A stretch of DNA of 64,000 nt, from positions 1,665,509 through 1,729,508 of the forward strand of contig MU054220.1 in the NCBI GenBank assembly GCA_013239625.1. The letters are read 5' to 3'. How positions within the stretch are numbered: the stretch's first letter is position 1; the number at the start of each line of letters is the position of its first letter. The stretch is from Lama guanicoe (lineage: Eukaryota). The position numbers and the translations under genes are program-made. This document shows, piece by piece, positions 12,601-23,910 of the stretch. Below the pieces are notes generated by a model, which ran no database searches, was not told the DNA's origin, and saw nothing but the letters and a program-made list of their open reading frames with translations.

Positions 12601-14009
12601 CATTGAGTATACGTATAAGTGGTTGAAGAGGAAAGCATATTCTATTTTTGAGCTTAGTGTTAATGATAGGCACATTTGGGATCTGTAATTTATTTTTACT
12701 AAGGCACAGTTTACATATGGTAAAATTCATCCTTTTTAGAAATATATTTCTATGAGCTCTGATGAACACATATAATGTAACCACCGCAGTAGACGTAGAA
12801 CATTTCCATCACCCCTAGAAATTCCCTCATGTCTCTTTGTAGTCATTCCCTGCCTCCACCTCCTGCCTCTGGCAACTACCAGTCTCTTTGCTGTCCTTAC
12901 AGTTTCTAGGCACAGTTTTGAAACCTGCTTTGCTTATAATCTCTTTCTACCTCCTTTTCTGTTGTTCTCTGTGAGCCTCTAGTTTTATCGTTCTACACGC
13001 AAATCTGTCTACTTTATTGTCCCAGCACACCATCCTCCTATAGGGTAGAATTCTAACCTCCCTGAAAGAGACAGAGCATCAGAATGGTGAACAGCAAAGT
13101 GGGAAGGAACCTGTTTCAGTGATGTTCCTTCAGTTCTCAGCTTTGTATTTGGAGAACCTGTTTAGTTCTCCAGATGAATTTCTGTTTGTTGGGATGCTGA
13201 GAATTTTAACACAGATGGAAATGAGAGATGGTGCAGGAGGTTAAGTGTGCTCGACACTGATACTTTTTCAATCAATGGATATTTTGAAGGTCCAGAAGGA
13301 GCCAACCTGTTCATCTACCACCTGCCCCAGGAGTTTGGAGATCAGGACCTGCTGCAGATGTTTATGCCCTTTGGGAATGTCGTGTCTGCCAAGGTTTTTA
13401 TAGACAAGCAGACAAACCTGAGCAAGTGTTTTGGTACGTTGGCTTCTCTTCTGGTGTCGGGAGGCTTAGGTATTTTTACCGCTGAGAAAGAGAAGAGGCC
13501 GACAGCAGAAAGAGATAGGTCTGGATTTGGGTTAACTCAGCCCTGGGCAGATTACATAACCTCTTTTTGAACCTCGTTTTTTTTTTTTCATTTATGTAGT
13601 GGGAATGATCATTTCTCCCCACCCTGTCACTCCAAAGGTGAAAATAAACTAATATACGGGAAATGGCTTGGCCAGAAACCTGTAAGGTACTATATAGATG
13701 TCAGTTAATACTATTAGGAACCTGATTTGTTTTCTGTGATATAATTTCAAGAATTCTTGTCCCTGCAGAGAAAAAAATTGGGCTTGGAGACTAAGCTTCT
13801 AAGGTATTTCTTACATAAGGAAGACAGAGACTCTCCTTGCCTCATTATGTCCCTCACCTAGGTTTCTGCTTGGACACACAGGTTTTGTAAGTTACGACAA
13901 TCCTGTTTCGGCTCAAGCTGCCATCCAGTCCATGAACGGCTTTCAGATTGGCATGAAGCGGCTTAAAGTGCAGCTCAAACGTTCGAAGAATGACAGCAAG
14001 CCCTACTGA
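501..14009 (+). CDS. CELF1: CUGBP Elav-like family member 1 (three-RRM RNA-binding protein), spliced CDS, 486 aa from this ATG
   Basis: join(501-678,2178-2260,2624-2672,4872-5006,5563-5642,5968-6129,8575-8650,10105-10233,10554-10664,11369-11554,13290-13433,13882-14009) = 1461 nt. All introns are GT-AG with consistent phase. Translates [25 protein letters not shown]...[10 protein letters not shown]. The exon begins at acceptor 490/491 with in-frame SKK, so a longer N-terminus probably starts upstream of the window. Confidence 0.98.
2178..2260 (+). CDS. CELF1: CELF1 coding exon (RRM1 RNP1 GCCFVTF)
   Basis: attgcag|GGTGCTGTTTT...CCAGGG|gtaag. Confidence 0.97.
2624..2672 (+). CDS. CELF1: CELF1 coding exon [16 protein letters not shown]
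   Basis: ttttag|ATGCAT...AATG|gtaag. Confidence 0.96.
2762..4179 (-). mobile_element. 5'-truncated LINE-1 (L1MA-like 3' end plus ORF2 tail)
   Basis: Typical antisense L1 3' UTR text, flanked by the 9-bp direct repeat gtgctctaa (2753-2761 and 4180-4188). Confidence 0.85.
4872..5006 (+). CDS. CELF1: CELF1 coding exon (RRM2 start), NAGNAG acceptor
   Basis: tag|CAG|TGGAAGAC ([11 protein letters not shown])...CGTG|gtgggt. Confidence 0.96.
5400..5540 (+). mobile_element. L2 3' end fragment
   Basis: cctggcacatagtaggtactcagtaaatg...aatgaatggatgag, a typical L2 terminus. Confidence 0.65.
5563..5642 (+). CDS. CELF1: CELF1 coding exon (RRM2 RNP1 GCAFVTF)
   Basis: aaacag|GTTGTGCA...ATGGAG|gtaggg. Confidence 0.96.
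5968..6129 (+). CDS. CELF1: CELF1 coding exon (RRM2 end, divergent domain start)
   Basis: catag|GGTTGCTCA...TTAGCA|gtgagt. Confidence 0.96.
8575..8650 (+). CDS. CELF1: CELF1 coding exon with LYLQ alternative acceptor (8575 or 8587)
   Basis: ctag|CTTTATTTGCAG|CTCCTT...GGAG|gtaagt. Confidence 0.95.
10105..10233 (+). CDS. CELF1: CELF1 coding exon (divergent domain)
   Basis: ttgcag|GGTTAAAT...TCAG|gtaagc. Confidence 0.96.
10554..10664 (+). CDS. CELF1: CELF1 coding exon (Ser-rich), NAGNAG acceptor 10551/10554
   Basis: tag|cag|GGTCCTCA...GCAG|gtgagg. Confidence 0.94.
10780..10980 (+). mobile_element. MIR SINE
   Basis: core ctctgag..ttttctcgtctgcaaagtggaaat...aaagtgctgagcaca...ctcaataaatattagc. 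Confidence 0.65.
11369..11554 (+). CDS. CELF1: CELF1 coding exon
   Basis: ccaag|GGATGGCT...GAAG|gtgagc. Confidence 0.96.
12690..12905 (-). mobile_element. L1MB-like 3' end fragment
   Basis: gaacatttccatcacccctagaaattccctcatgtctctttgtagtca...ctggcaactacc. Confidence 0.6.
13290..13433 (+). CDS. CELF1: CELF1 coding exon (RRM3 start)
   Basis: ttgaag|GTCCAGAAGGA ([14 protein letters not shown])...TTTG|gtacgt. Confidence 0.96.
13882..14009 (+). CDS. CELF1: CELF1 last coding exon (RRM3 end, stop TGA)
   Basis: acacag|GTTTTGTA...CCCTACTGA. Confidence 0.96.
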
Positions 14010-17000
14010 GCGTGCTCCCCTCTGAGACTGGAGTGAGAGGGTCTTCTGGTAAGTGGGGGAGGAGCACCCTTTATGATTCGAAGCCCTAAGGCTGTGTGTT
14101 GACAGCCCTGGACCCTGATCCCTGCCACTCTCGCAGGCACAGCTTGCCCTGAAGACTCGGCTACTGCCTTCTGTGGGAATTTCGCTTCGTACAGAGGACA
14201 AGTTTGTGCTTTGGTTTCCAGTGTTTTACTTTGGAGTTTAGGTGCCATATCCTGAGTTTTTTTTCTTTATTTAAAGTTTGCTGTGTTTGTAACCAGTGTG
14301 TGTTGAGAAGGACCAACATCAAACTGCCCTGGGGGAGGAGGGAGAATGGAGAAACATTAGAAAAGATCAGAATTTGCCCCAAACTACCCCAAGCGAGAGA
14401 ACTGAGTGAAACCAAAAACTGACCCCCAGAATGTTCCTAAGTGCGAGAGTGGGTGAGAACTGGCATCCAAGAGCTTTGGGGGCAGGGCAGGTGGGGTAGG
14501 CTTTGGAGTGCGAGAGTGACTTGACACCCAATGGCCCTGGGAGCTGGAGGCTAAAACTCCTCCATAGCTGCCTTCTGTGGAAATACTGAGTTTTTGCCAA
14601 CTCTTTTTCAGATTCTTGTCTAGGGTTTCTGCCCCTTTTTCCTAAAAGGGGGCTAACGATTCTCTGGAAATAAAGCACCTGTTAAATTAGACTGACATAT
14701 GCAAAAAGCAAGAATATATCACCCATTACCAGCTTTCCTAGCCAACTGTTGGTGTTGGATTGGCCCTGTCTGGCTGGTGGCTGTTAGGAAGAAGCAGCCA
14801 GCCAAACAGGTCATTTTTAGTTTATTTCAACACCAAAATCATTAGACTATGGCCCATTTCTACCAGATCCCTTTAAAGAAAGCTTCTAGGGAAGATACTG
14901 TCTGGTTTTCTTTTTGTAGTTGACCACAGCAAGGAGTGTCAATTCCATCCCCAGCCACAGTTTTTTCATGAGGGTAGATCCAAGAAGGGCTTAAAGTATT
15001 TAGCTGAAGGGAGCACCTCTCCTGAGCAGAGTGATCAAAAGCCATTGAGTTGGGGGAGGAGGAGCCTGCTTCTTGGTGTGCCTGAATCAGAAGGTCCCTT
15101 TAAGCCAGTGCTGCATTTGCCAGTGGCCAGCACTTCATACTTAAAAGGATTAAGACATCCTTGCTTGCCTCCTTAGTTGAGGTGTCTCAGATGTATTCCC
15201 ACAGAGGCAGGCCCCTCTTCTAACCACTCTAGCCCAATCTTCTGCTCTTGGCAACAGAGGAGACGACAGGACGTTTACAGCCTCCATATGGATTTAGTGT
15301 TCATTTACCTCAGTATTACCCTGTTCATTTTTGTCCTCGTGCTTTCAGTTAGCTCCCTGCTGCCTCCCATGGGTTTCACTCCAGCTCTTGCCTGTGAGCC
15401 ACACAGCTTCTGGGCTCTTCCTCTGCTCCAAGAAATGCTGTGGGGTGGAGAGCCAGAAAGGGCCTGCTGTTGGGAATGTGCACCTGGGCAGAGATTGCCC
15501 TGTTAGGATATGACTCTTAGCCAAGGCCGGGGACCGGGTCCCTGGGATCTTAAACCTCATGAGTATCAGTCCTGACCCCTAGCAGTAGAGGTGAGAGTAA
15601 AGGGGTTGGTTTGCTGTTAAGTCAGATAGGGGTTCTCTCCTTGTCATACTGTCCATTTGGGCCACAGACAAGGGTTGACCGTCTTGCTGTTGTGCAGGTA
15701 GTTGGTGGTGTTGGATTATCCCATTGAAGCTGGGACAGCTGTTCCCTTCTCATAGTGATTACTTGGGTCCGTTGTCCTCTAAGAAACGTGAAACATACTT
15801 CTTAAGCTGAACCGCGTAAACTTGAATTCCGCGCACTGGGAGAAATGTGTCCTGTGTTTCAAGGATAAAACTGTTCCAAAGGCTTCCAGGGTCATGATGG
15901 GATTTTTTAAATAAATGCAAAAAATAAAAATAAAAAAGAAAAAAGAAAACAAAAAAAGAAAAAAATGCTAGGTTGAGGAGGCGCTGTTCCGAATCCCAAC
16001 CAGCTGGAACCAAGAATGTCGTTTCTATTTTTATAGAAGTTTTATACAGCTCCGGGGTGGAGAATATTTATTACCTAAATTATATCTCTGGAAAAGGCCA
16101 GGATTTTGTAGAATCCAGAATGTGATTGTTATACACACAGGGTGCTGTGTATGATTGAAACTACTGACTTTCTGTGGCCGTTTGCAGCCCAGCTAATCTG
16201 CCAGAGGGGGAAGGAGTTAATGCTGTGAATTGGCAGAGGAGAGAGCTGTGCTCCCCAGGGTGCTGCCGGTGCTGTGATCGCTAACCTTCTGTTCTGTCTT
16301 CCTCCTTGGCCATCATGGGGTTTTCCAAAGTCCAGAACTCCACTCTCTTCCCACTTTCTTCCCTTTCTATCCCTCCTTACTCGCCACCCTTTGTTTCACT
16401 ATTATTTGTACACAGATTTGTCCTGGGCTCTGGGACCTTATGAAACCCCTTTCCTAATGATATGAAAGGCAAAGGTGCGATTAGTCCGCCTTTGATACCA
16501 AGACCCCGAGGTCTCATACCTGCTTGTGGGTTCTTGTTCTAAAAGGAATGTGGCCCTGGGCTGCCACAGTGGCCAGCTGGTGAGCCCAGGCACTTTTCTC
16601 TGTTCTCTTGTCCTCTGCCCAGCGAGTTCACACAGCAGTGCTGCCCTTGAGCACAGTTCTCTCCCCAGGCCAAAGATGGTTTTGTGAAGAAGCTGCTCCC
16701 CTACAAGTCTCACAGTGTGAAAGGGTTCAGCTCCGAGAGTGGAGACTCGCAGTCAAGTCTTAAGCAATCCTTTTCTGTTGTGTGGGGGTTTCACTTACAT
16801 AAATGTGTTTTCTGCTGTAGTTTTGTTTCTTACTTGGGTTTCATCATGAAATTGATTTGCCTTGAATGCAGCCAGACACTGTCTCCTGGGTCCCACATGA
16901 GTGGCCAGGGCCTGCGTGGAAGCTAAGAGCTTGGATTTCTGGGAACAAAGAGCCATCCCCATAGGATTGAGGAGAGAGCCTGGCCCTCTCCCCTAAAGAA

Positions 17001-17841
17001 TTCTCCCCACCACAGCCAGCAGCTTCGACTTTCTCCCCGAGCCTTGACCAGGGAGTTGGGGGAGAGGCTGGGGCTCTGCTCCACCAGAGACCTTCTTTTC
17101 AGATGTTTTGGGTACTTCTGGGGAAATCCAAGCCTTAGGTTCCCTTCTGTCTCTGGCAATTGGATGTTTTCTTGGTGTCCTCCATGTCCTTTTTTCCCTG
17201 TGTCCATTGTTAGCATGTGCAAAAGTTCCCTGTCATTACCCAGCCCCTGCCCCGCCCGCCTCCTCATTTCAGGGCTGTACACAGTGAGTGTTCCTGTTCT
17301 CTCTCTCTTTGTTTGGATGTATTGCTCTGTGTAACTCAGTGGGTCTCCCTCTTTCTGGTTTGTTTTTTTTTCTAGATTCCTGCCGTTTGTTCATCGTTGT
17401 GCCTAAAGCATGTCGATGTGGCGTCAAGTACATCGTCCAAATCCCTGTCTCTTCAGCTTCTCTGATGCTTGAACTCTCACCTTTGACCTTGTGTTGACCT
17501 TTGATGCTGACGTGTATTTTTATTATGTTTGTTTCTTTCTTTGTTTTTTCTTTTTTCTCTCCTTTTTTTTTCTTTTGTGCTGCCAAATTGGTTTTGCTAG
17601 AACGACTGCTGAAGGGGAAATATTTAAACTTGCATTTGAATATAAAAAAATCTATTTTTCTAGAACTTCATAAGATAACCACTTGATTTTGTGATTCCAA
17701 TTCTTTGTAATTGTCTTCAGAGCAGCCCTACTAGCACATACCGTGTGGTGTTTGTATTTCTGTGAACACACAGCCAGTCCGTTTCTAGGCTTTGTTTCTC
17801 TGTGTGCTTAGTTTTAAAGACAACTTTGAAGTAAACAATGA

Positions 17842-17847
17842 AATAAA
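17842..17847 (+). terminator. CELF1 proximal polyadenylation signal
   Basis: AATAAA with upstream TGTA elements. Confidence 0.7.
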
Positions 17848-20342
17848 AGATGTCACTAAAACCTTTGAGGCTCCTGAGCACATTTTGCTGATATAGTTTG
17901 TGGGGCTTGAGGAGACCGCATGTGTTCTATTTTTGTTTTTCTTGAGTTCTCAACTGCAGAAAACACCTGAACCCCTTTTCCTTTTTGACCGCCGGCTGCA
18001 GTTTGGGCCCCAGCCAGCCTTTTTCTTTTTCTTTTGTGGTTCTTCCCTGTAGCAACCGTGCGGGGAGTCTGCAGATTCCTCTGGCCCCTTCCCCTCAGCC
18101 CCCCTGTGCCCACCTCCATGCTCGTTCCTACAGTCTCCACAGCAAAATGTGATGCTTTGATTTTTTTGTTTTTGTTTTTGTATTGTTTTTGTGTTTTTGT
18201 TTTGAATTTTTTCCTTTCCTACTAAGATTATGCCCAGAAAAAACAAGTTTTGCATGTTTCCTGCTGTTTCTTCACACCTTCGTATATATCACCTTCACCT
18301 CTCTGTTTTCTATAGTTTGTGCAAAAACTGACCGATTTAAAAGGGTTTCAAAGAAGCTGTTTTAAATTGTTGTGGGGTTGATTATTTTTTTCAAGATTGT
18401 ATTGTTTTATTTTGAAGTGGCGACTTTCTCCTCTATTGCCCTTAGAGCGTTTGCCTGTGCACTTAGACTGTCACCTCGTACGGCCTCTAGGCCTCAGCAG
18501 GGCCTCCAGGAGGCCGGCTGCTCTGCTCAGACACGGGTGGGAGGGGGGCCCAGAGAGGCACAAGGAGCAGAGATAGAATCCAGAAAGGTGGCTGTGGGTG
18601 GGCAAGAGGCTTAGCGCATTGAGGGCAGTGAGCATCCCTCGGCCCCCAAGAGGGAGGGTGCTCTTAACCACTGGGAGGAGGCCACCTGTGCACTAAGCGG
18701 CAACACACCTGCCAGCGCTTTTCCTAGGTGACAAGCACAATACTACAGTCTTCACACTGTTTACAGCCCTGGGCACCAACCACCCCACACTGGCTCTTCA
18801 CCACAGCTCTGCTCTTGCTTAGCTAGTGGGGTGGGGGGTAAGGGCAAGAATTTGTTTTTGTTTTTTTTTTAATGGGTGAAGAGCCACATAGCTACTGTCC
18901 CTGGGTGCCAGGCAAGCCAGTTCCTTGGTTCCCTGAGGGGAACTTGCCCTCCTTTCTTGGCACCATCCAGCCTCAGGGTCTTAGGGACTTGAGTGAGAAT
19001 GTACATAGCGGAGGGAGAGACCAGGGGAGATGAGAGGTCACAGGATGGATCTGTGGAGGTAAGAGGTTGCAGTGGGAGGAGTTTGGAATAGATCCCACCC
19101 AGGCCTAAGCTGCTGGTGGGTGAGAGAGCTGGGAAGTAGGATTGTCCAGGGAAGGGTGGAGGGGGTAGCCGAGGGACTGGGGGGAGGGGGTTGGGGAAGG
19201 TAGAAGCACTGTTAGCATCATCCATGCTGGGGTTGATGAAGGAAGGCATCCCGGCAGAACCTCTGCTCTGGGGCCCAGCGGGTTACCTAGTATTATGCTT
19301 GAGGCCACCCTTACAAGGGGGAAAGGGCGGCCAAATGGAGGCCCAGTGTATGGTAGGCTGCTTAATTTCCTGGAAGGGGTGATTGGATGGAAAGAGGCCA
19401 GGAACCCCAGCCTGAGTGAGACTGCCGTGCACCCCACAGTCTGACTGCACAGAGCTGCCTCTGTTGGCAGAGGCACTGAGGCTCCCCTTCCTGTGTATTC
19501 AGAACCCGTGTTTGCCAATATATTTTGCTTTCAATTCCAAGAGGAGCTCTGGGAAAACCTGTGGATAAAACCAAATGCCAAACGTTGGACGTTGTTTCCT
19601 TTTCCTTTTCTCTCTCTGATTGTTTTAATTGTTCTGTGGTGGTTTTAATGGATTTGAGACCCTGGAGCGGCAGCTGCCTTTCTGATTTCCAGCTGCTTTT
19701 TGTGAATAATTTAAAAAGAAAAAAAAAAGAAACTTTACATTTTGGAGACAAACCTGTGTGAGTTTTTTATTGGTACAAACGTTGTATTTAACACTAGGGG
19801 TTTTGTACAGTTTTTTGCCTTTTCTACTAGAAAACAATGTAAAGTGATTTCACAATGTGAAGAGAAAAAAAATTGCCACTATGACCAAACGCACAGTCTG
19901 TTCTGCAGCAACAACGGGATTCAATCAACTCAAAGTCGTGATTCAGCCGTAGAAATGCTTTTTCTTTACTTTGTTTGAGCTTTTCCTTTCTTTCCTGTTT
20001 TGATTTGCAAAAAAAGAAAAAAATGTCTTTTTTGTGTGAACTTGTGTTGTACTACGTAGAAAATTATGGATTTTACTTTAATGGTTTAAAAAAAAAGGCA
20101 AGAAGAGCCCTTGTCGCTTTTCTGACCTGATCACAGAGTTTGTGTAGTGGATTAAAAAAAAAAAAGAAATTGTTACAAGTTTGGAGCAAGGGAGTATGTG
20201 TTTAAAAGGAATCTCCTTCCTTTTTTGTGTGTTTTTCCTTTTGTCCCAATGGGGAACCTAAATCTGTTTTAATTGCACAGACACACGGACAAAAAGTAAT
20301 TTTGTATCTGCCAAGTGTGGTACCTTCCTTTGTTTATTTGCT

Positions 20343-20348
20343 ATTAAA
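20343..20348 (+). terminator. CELF1 distal polyadenylation signal
   Basis: ATTAAA with upstream TGTA/U-rich sequence and downstream GU-rich (tgttgtc, gttgttgattgttg) sequence. Confidence 0.7.
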
Positions 20349-23300
20349 CTGTTTGAGAAGAACTGATGTTGTCTTCAGAGTTGTTGATTGTTGAAATGGG
20401 CGGCAATCCTTTGGCTGGAGGGGTTGGTGGCATTCCTGAAGAAGGGGTGGGTGCGCTGGGTAGGTTCCATTGTGATGTGTCTTTTGGTCTGCAGTGGAAC
20501 TACCCCAGGCTCCTGATGGAACAGTTTCTCCCAGAAAACTGCCTTCTCCATCATCCTATATTGTTTTCAACATCCTTGCTTACAGGAGGCACTTGAAAAC
20601 TTTTTTGGCAGCCTTAATTTTTGTGCTTCTGTTCCCAGTAGTGGCTGCCATCCTGCAGAACTGTTGAGTGCAGGTCCCCTCCCTGGGCTGTGGAGTTCCT
20701 GCGCCCGGAGCAACGCTGCCCGGCTCGGAGGCCCAGCTTGTGGGGCGTTTCCTCTCTGGGCCTTCAGCACTCCAGGCCAGAGCGCTTCAGCCCCTTCCCC
20801 CTCGTTGGCCTCAGAACAAGTTCACAGAAGGGCACTTCTATGATTTCTTGGGTTTACTGCTCTAGAGCACTCTTCTGTTGGGGCCCTATACCTGAGCCCC
20901 CTCAGACCTCTGCCGACTGCAGCCTCCTGGGCTGGGAGTCTCAGGCCCTCTGCCAGAGCATAAGCTTGTCTGCTCCTTACCAGCCACCGCCATCCTCGCT
21001 CCTCCTGGATGCCAGTCCCCATGAAGCTGGTGCCTGTGTAGAGGTGTGCAGCCAACAGTGGGCTGTGAGTGGGCCCGGCCTCGGCCTTCTCCACAGGGTC
21101 CCTCTGTGTGGCTGGAGTAGCATGTATGTAAAGTAAGGGTTCTGGACACAAATAAATATAGGAATATTGCTTCCTTATTTGTATTCATTCAAAATATGCT
21201 TAAAAATCACAACTTTGTATTAATATGCAGTAATTGTCCTAGCTAATGTTCACTGTTTACCACAATCCAAGTGCTGTGGGAAACACTTGATACACATGTG
21301 CTCTAGTCTTTATAACACCCCTAGGAGGGCGCTAGTGTTCCCATCCCTATTTGCAGATGAGCAAACTGAGGTTAGAAATTGGGTTGCAAAAAAAAAAAAA
21401 GAAGAAGAAGCATTAACCACCCACTGCCAAAAGATAACCAAAAGTTACTATTATAGTTCATTGTCTTTTTTTCCCTATGCACATTTGAAAAATAAAACTG
21501 GGATCATACTAAAAAAAAAGAAATTTGGTTGCCTACTACCAAGTTGTATGCACTGAGAATCAAACCAGATCTGCCTAAGTCTCAAGCCCTTTCTCAACCA
21601 CTGCTGAGGAGAAATAACTCAGTGAAAGCAAATCAGTGTGTTTTAGTTAACTCATCACAAATGATTTTGCATACCATCCTCTAGACTCCAGTGAAGGGAA
21701 CTTTGGGGGACCCTACAATTCTTTTGGCTCCCTTGGTGGTGAATCATTTCAGCTTTGCCTCCAGTGTGTCTGTCTTGGTGTTTAAGGGGTTTGCTGGGAA
21801 CTTGGTGCTCCAAATCGTTGGTCAGCTTGCTCCTGCAAGGTGCCACTTCCCATGAGGACCAGAATGCTTCCTAAACATCAGTCCTGCCATACAGTTCTTT
21901 CCTAGCTCTGTTACCACCTATTCTTTACCTCATGTTTATTTTAATTGTTTTCATTGTGCTCCAATACTTGTGACAGTTTTCTACTTTAAGCATTTTTAAT
22001 TGGAGAGAGTTCAGTGACATTCAGTACACTCACTTGTACAGTCATCACTCCCTAATGTTTTAAATCAACTTGAAATGCACCTTTTGTAACTTCACCTCAT
22101 TCTGACCATTAGTATTTTGTGAAATCAGAAGTTTGATGTCGAATATATGTTTCAAATGCACTTTAGGTTGTATAACTTCCAGTATATATAAAACGCCTTC
22201 TCAAATGAAATGCCTTCTCAAAGAGATCTGTTTCACACTTTGGGAAATTGGGCCAGGATGGAGAGTCAGGGGCTTCCCCATGGACTCCCTTCCCAGACCT
22301 GTTTTCTCTATAATAAAAAAGTGATTTAACCTGAAGTTGTCTCCCACCTAGCACAGACTTTCTCTGACTCACGATTGAGGTGGTAGAGTTTCTCTTTAAG
22401 TCTTCGCCTTAGGACTCCTGTATTCCTGAGCTAGAACTTGATATAAAAATAGAATGTTAAGTATAACTTGAACATCTTCCAGTTTAACATCACACTTATA
22501 GGCTGTTGTTTCTCTTTAGAGTTTACAAAAAAGGGAATATGCCAAAGGTACTATTTTTAACCTTTAAAAAAATTTTAGGTTTGTGCATCTTTATAATCAT
22601 ATAGCTTTGTCTTAATTAAACTGTTTATATTTCTCTTTTAAAAACCCGCATGTAGTCACCTTTTATTTTTGAATAGATTCCTCAGCACGTACTTTTTGCC
22701 ACACTCCTGGTTCCTGGCATACCCGCTTCCTGGTCAGTACACAGCCTCCCTAACTCCCAGGTGCTTTACATACTGTGCTCACCTGAGCATCTCGGTCCCT
22801 GATGAAGAAGAGCCATCACAAAGGAAAGGAAAGGGCAGGTTTGTCCCTTCACCTCTGGGAATGTCAAACTGATGTCTGATAATGTTGCCCTCCTTCTGGG
22901 AGGGATCATAGATGGCTTTTTCTTGCACCTTCTGCCTTTTTCAAGCACTTTCCTTCTCTCATGGGAGTCCTTTCCAGCTCCCCACCATCTGGTGTTTAAT
23001 TTCTTTTGCATGCATTGACTTTCTCTACTGGTAAAGGCTCCGTCTACAGGGAGGGTGCTTGTTCTTTTGAATCAAAGTCAGATCTTGGGATGAGAAACTG
23101 AACACATTCCAACTGGCAAGGGCCATCCTGACCCCCCTGCGGCCATGTCTCTAGGACCTCTGCCCTGCCTCCCATCCCCACCCTCCCACTCAGGGTCTCA
23201 CCAGCCTGAGGCCTTCTGAGGTTTGGGTGTTTTTAAACTGCCTGATTGAGATATAATTCACATACTATACAATTTACCCACTTTGAGCATCCGGGCCTGG

Positions 23301-23744
23301 TTTTGAGTGTTGTGCAACCATCACCACAACCTCATTTTAGGCCATTTTGATCACCCCAAAAGTGAACCACCCATGTACTCATTAACAGTTACTCCCCTTC
23401 CCCCCTCACCCCCGTTCCCACTCCCTGGTAACCACTAATCTTCCTGCTCTATAGATTTGCATATCCTGGACTTGGTTCTGTAAAATGCACTCATACAGTA
23501 TGTGCCTTTTGCACCCGGCCTTCATTTAGCCTACCTCCTGAGGCATCCTTTCCTCCCCGTGCTTGAAAACTACTCCGCACTAGCCTTGGACCACCTGCTC
23601 CTGCCATTTCTAGCCCTTCTGAGCTTGTCTCCTCACAGTCCAGCCTCATTCCTGTTCATGCAGTGCCCTGACCCTTCCACTTCTCCCAGCACCTCCTGTT
23701 AACCTGCCGCAGCACCTGCCTCCCCCCGAATCTCGTCATCTTCT

Positions 23745-23910
23745 AGACTTTTCTGTGTTGTCTAGTACCATTAACCACTGTAGCTATTTAAATTAAAAAC
23801 TGCATTTCTCAGTTTTACCATGAAGCCACATGTGACCAGTGGCTACCATATTGGATAGTGCAGGACAAAAAACATTTCCATCATCACAGTCGCTGATCAG
23901 AATTGTTCTG
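23745..23910. mobile_element. hAT-Charlie MER3/MER33-like DNA transposon relic
   Basis: agccacatgtgaccagtggctaccatattggatagtgca...catttccatcatcacag. Confidence 0.55.

Larger units (their letters stand above)
14010..20365 (+). other. CELF1: CELF1 long 3' UTR region with optional intron (14049-17375) and alternative polyadenylation
   Basis: Donor TCTG|gtaagt at 14048/14049 and strong acceptor ttttttttctag| at 17375/17376. The region is U/GU-rich, lacks obvious interspersed repeats, and has PAS at 17842 and 20343. Confidence 0.8.

Noticed and set aside
15905..15966. A-rich tract as a definite polyA site or retrocopy tail
   Set aside because: AATAAA is present, but the genomic A-run would cause oligo-dT internal priming, and I saw no TSD or retro-element body. 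Left unresolved.
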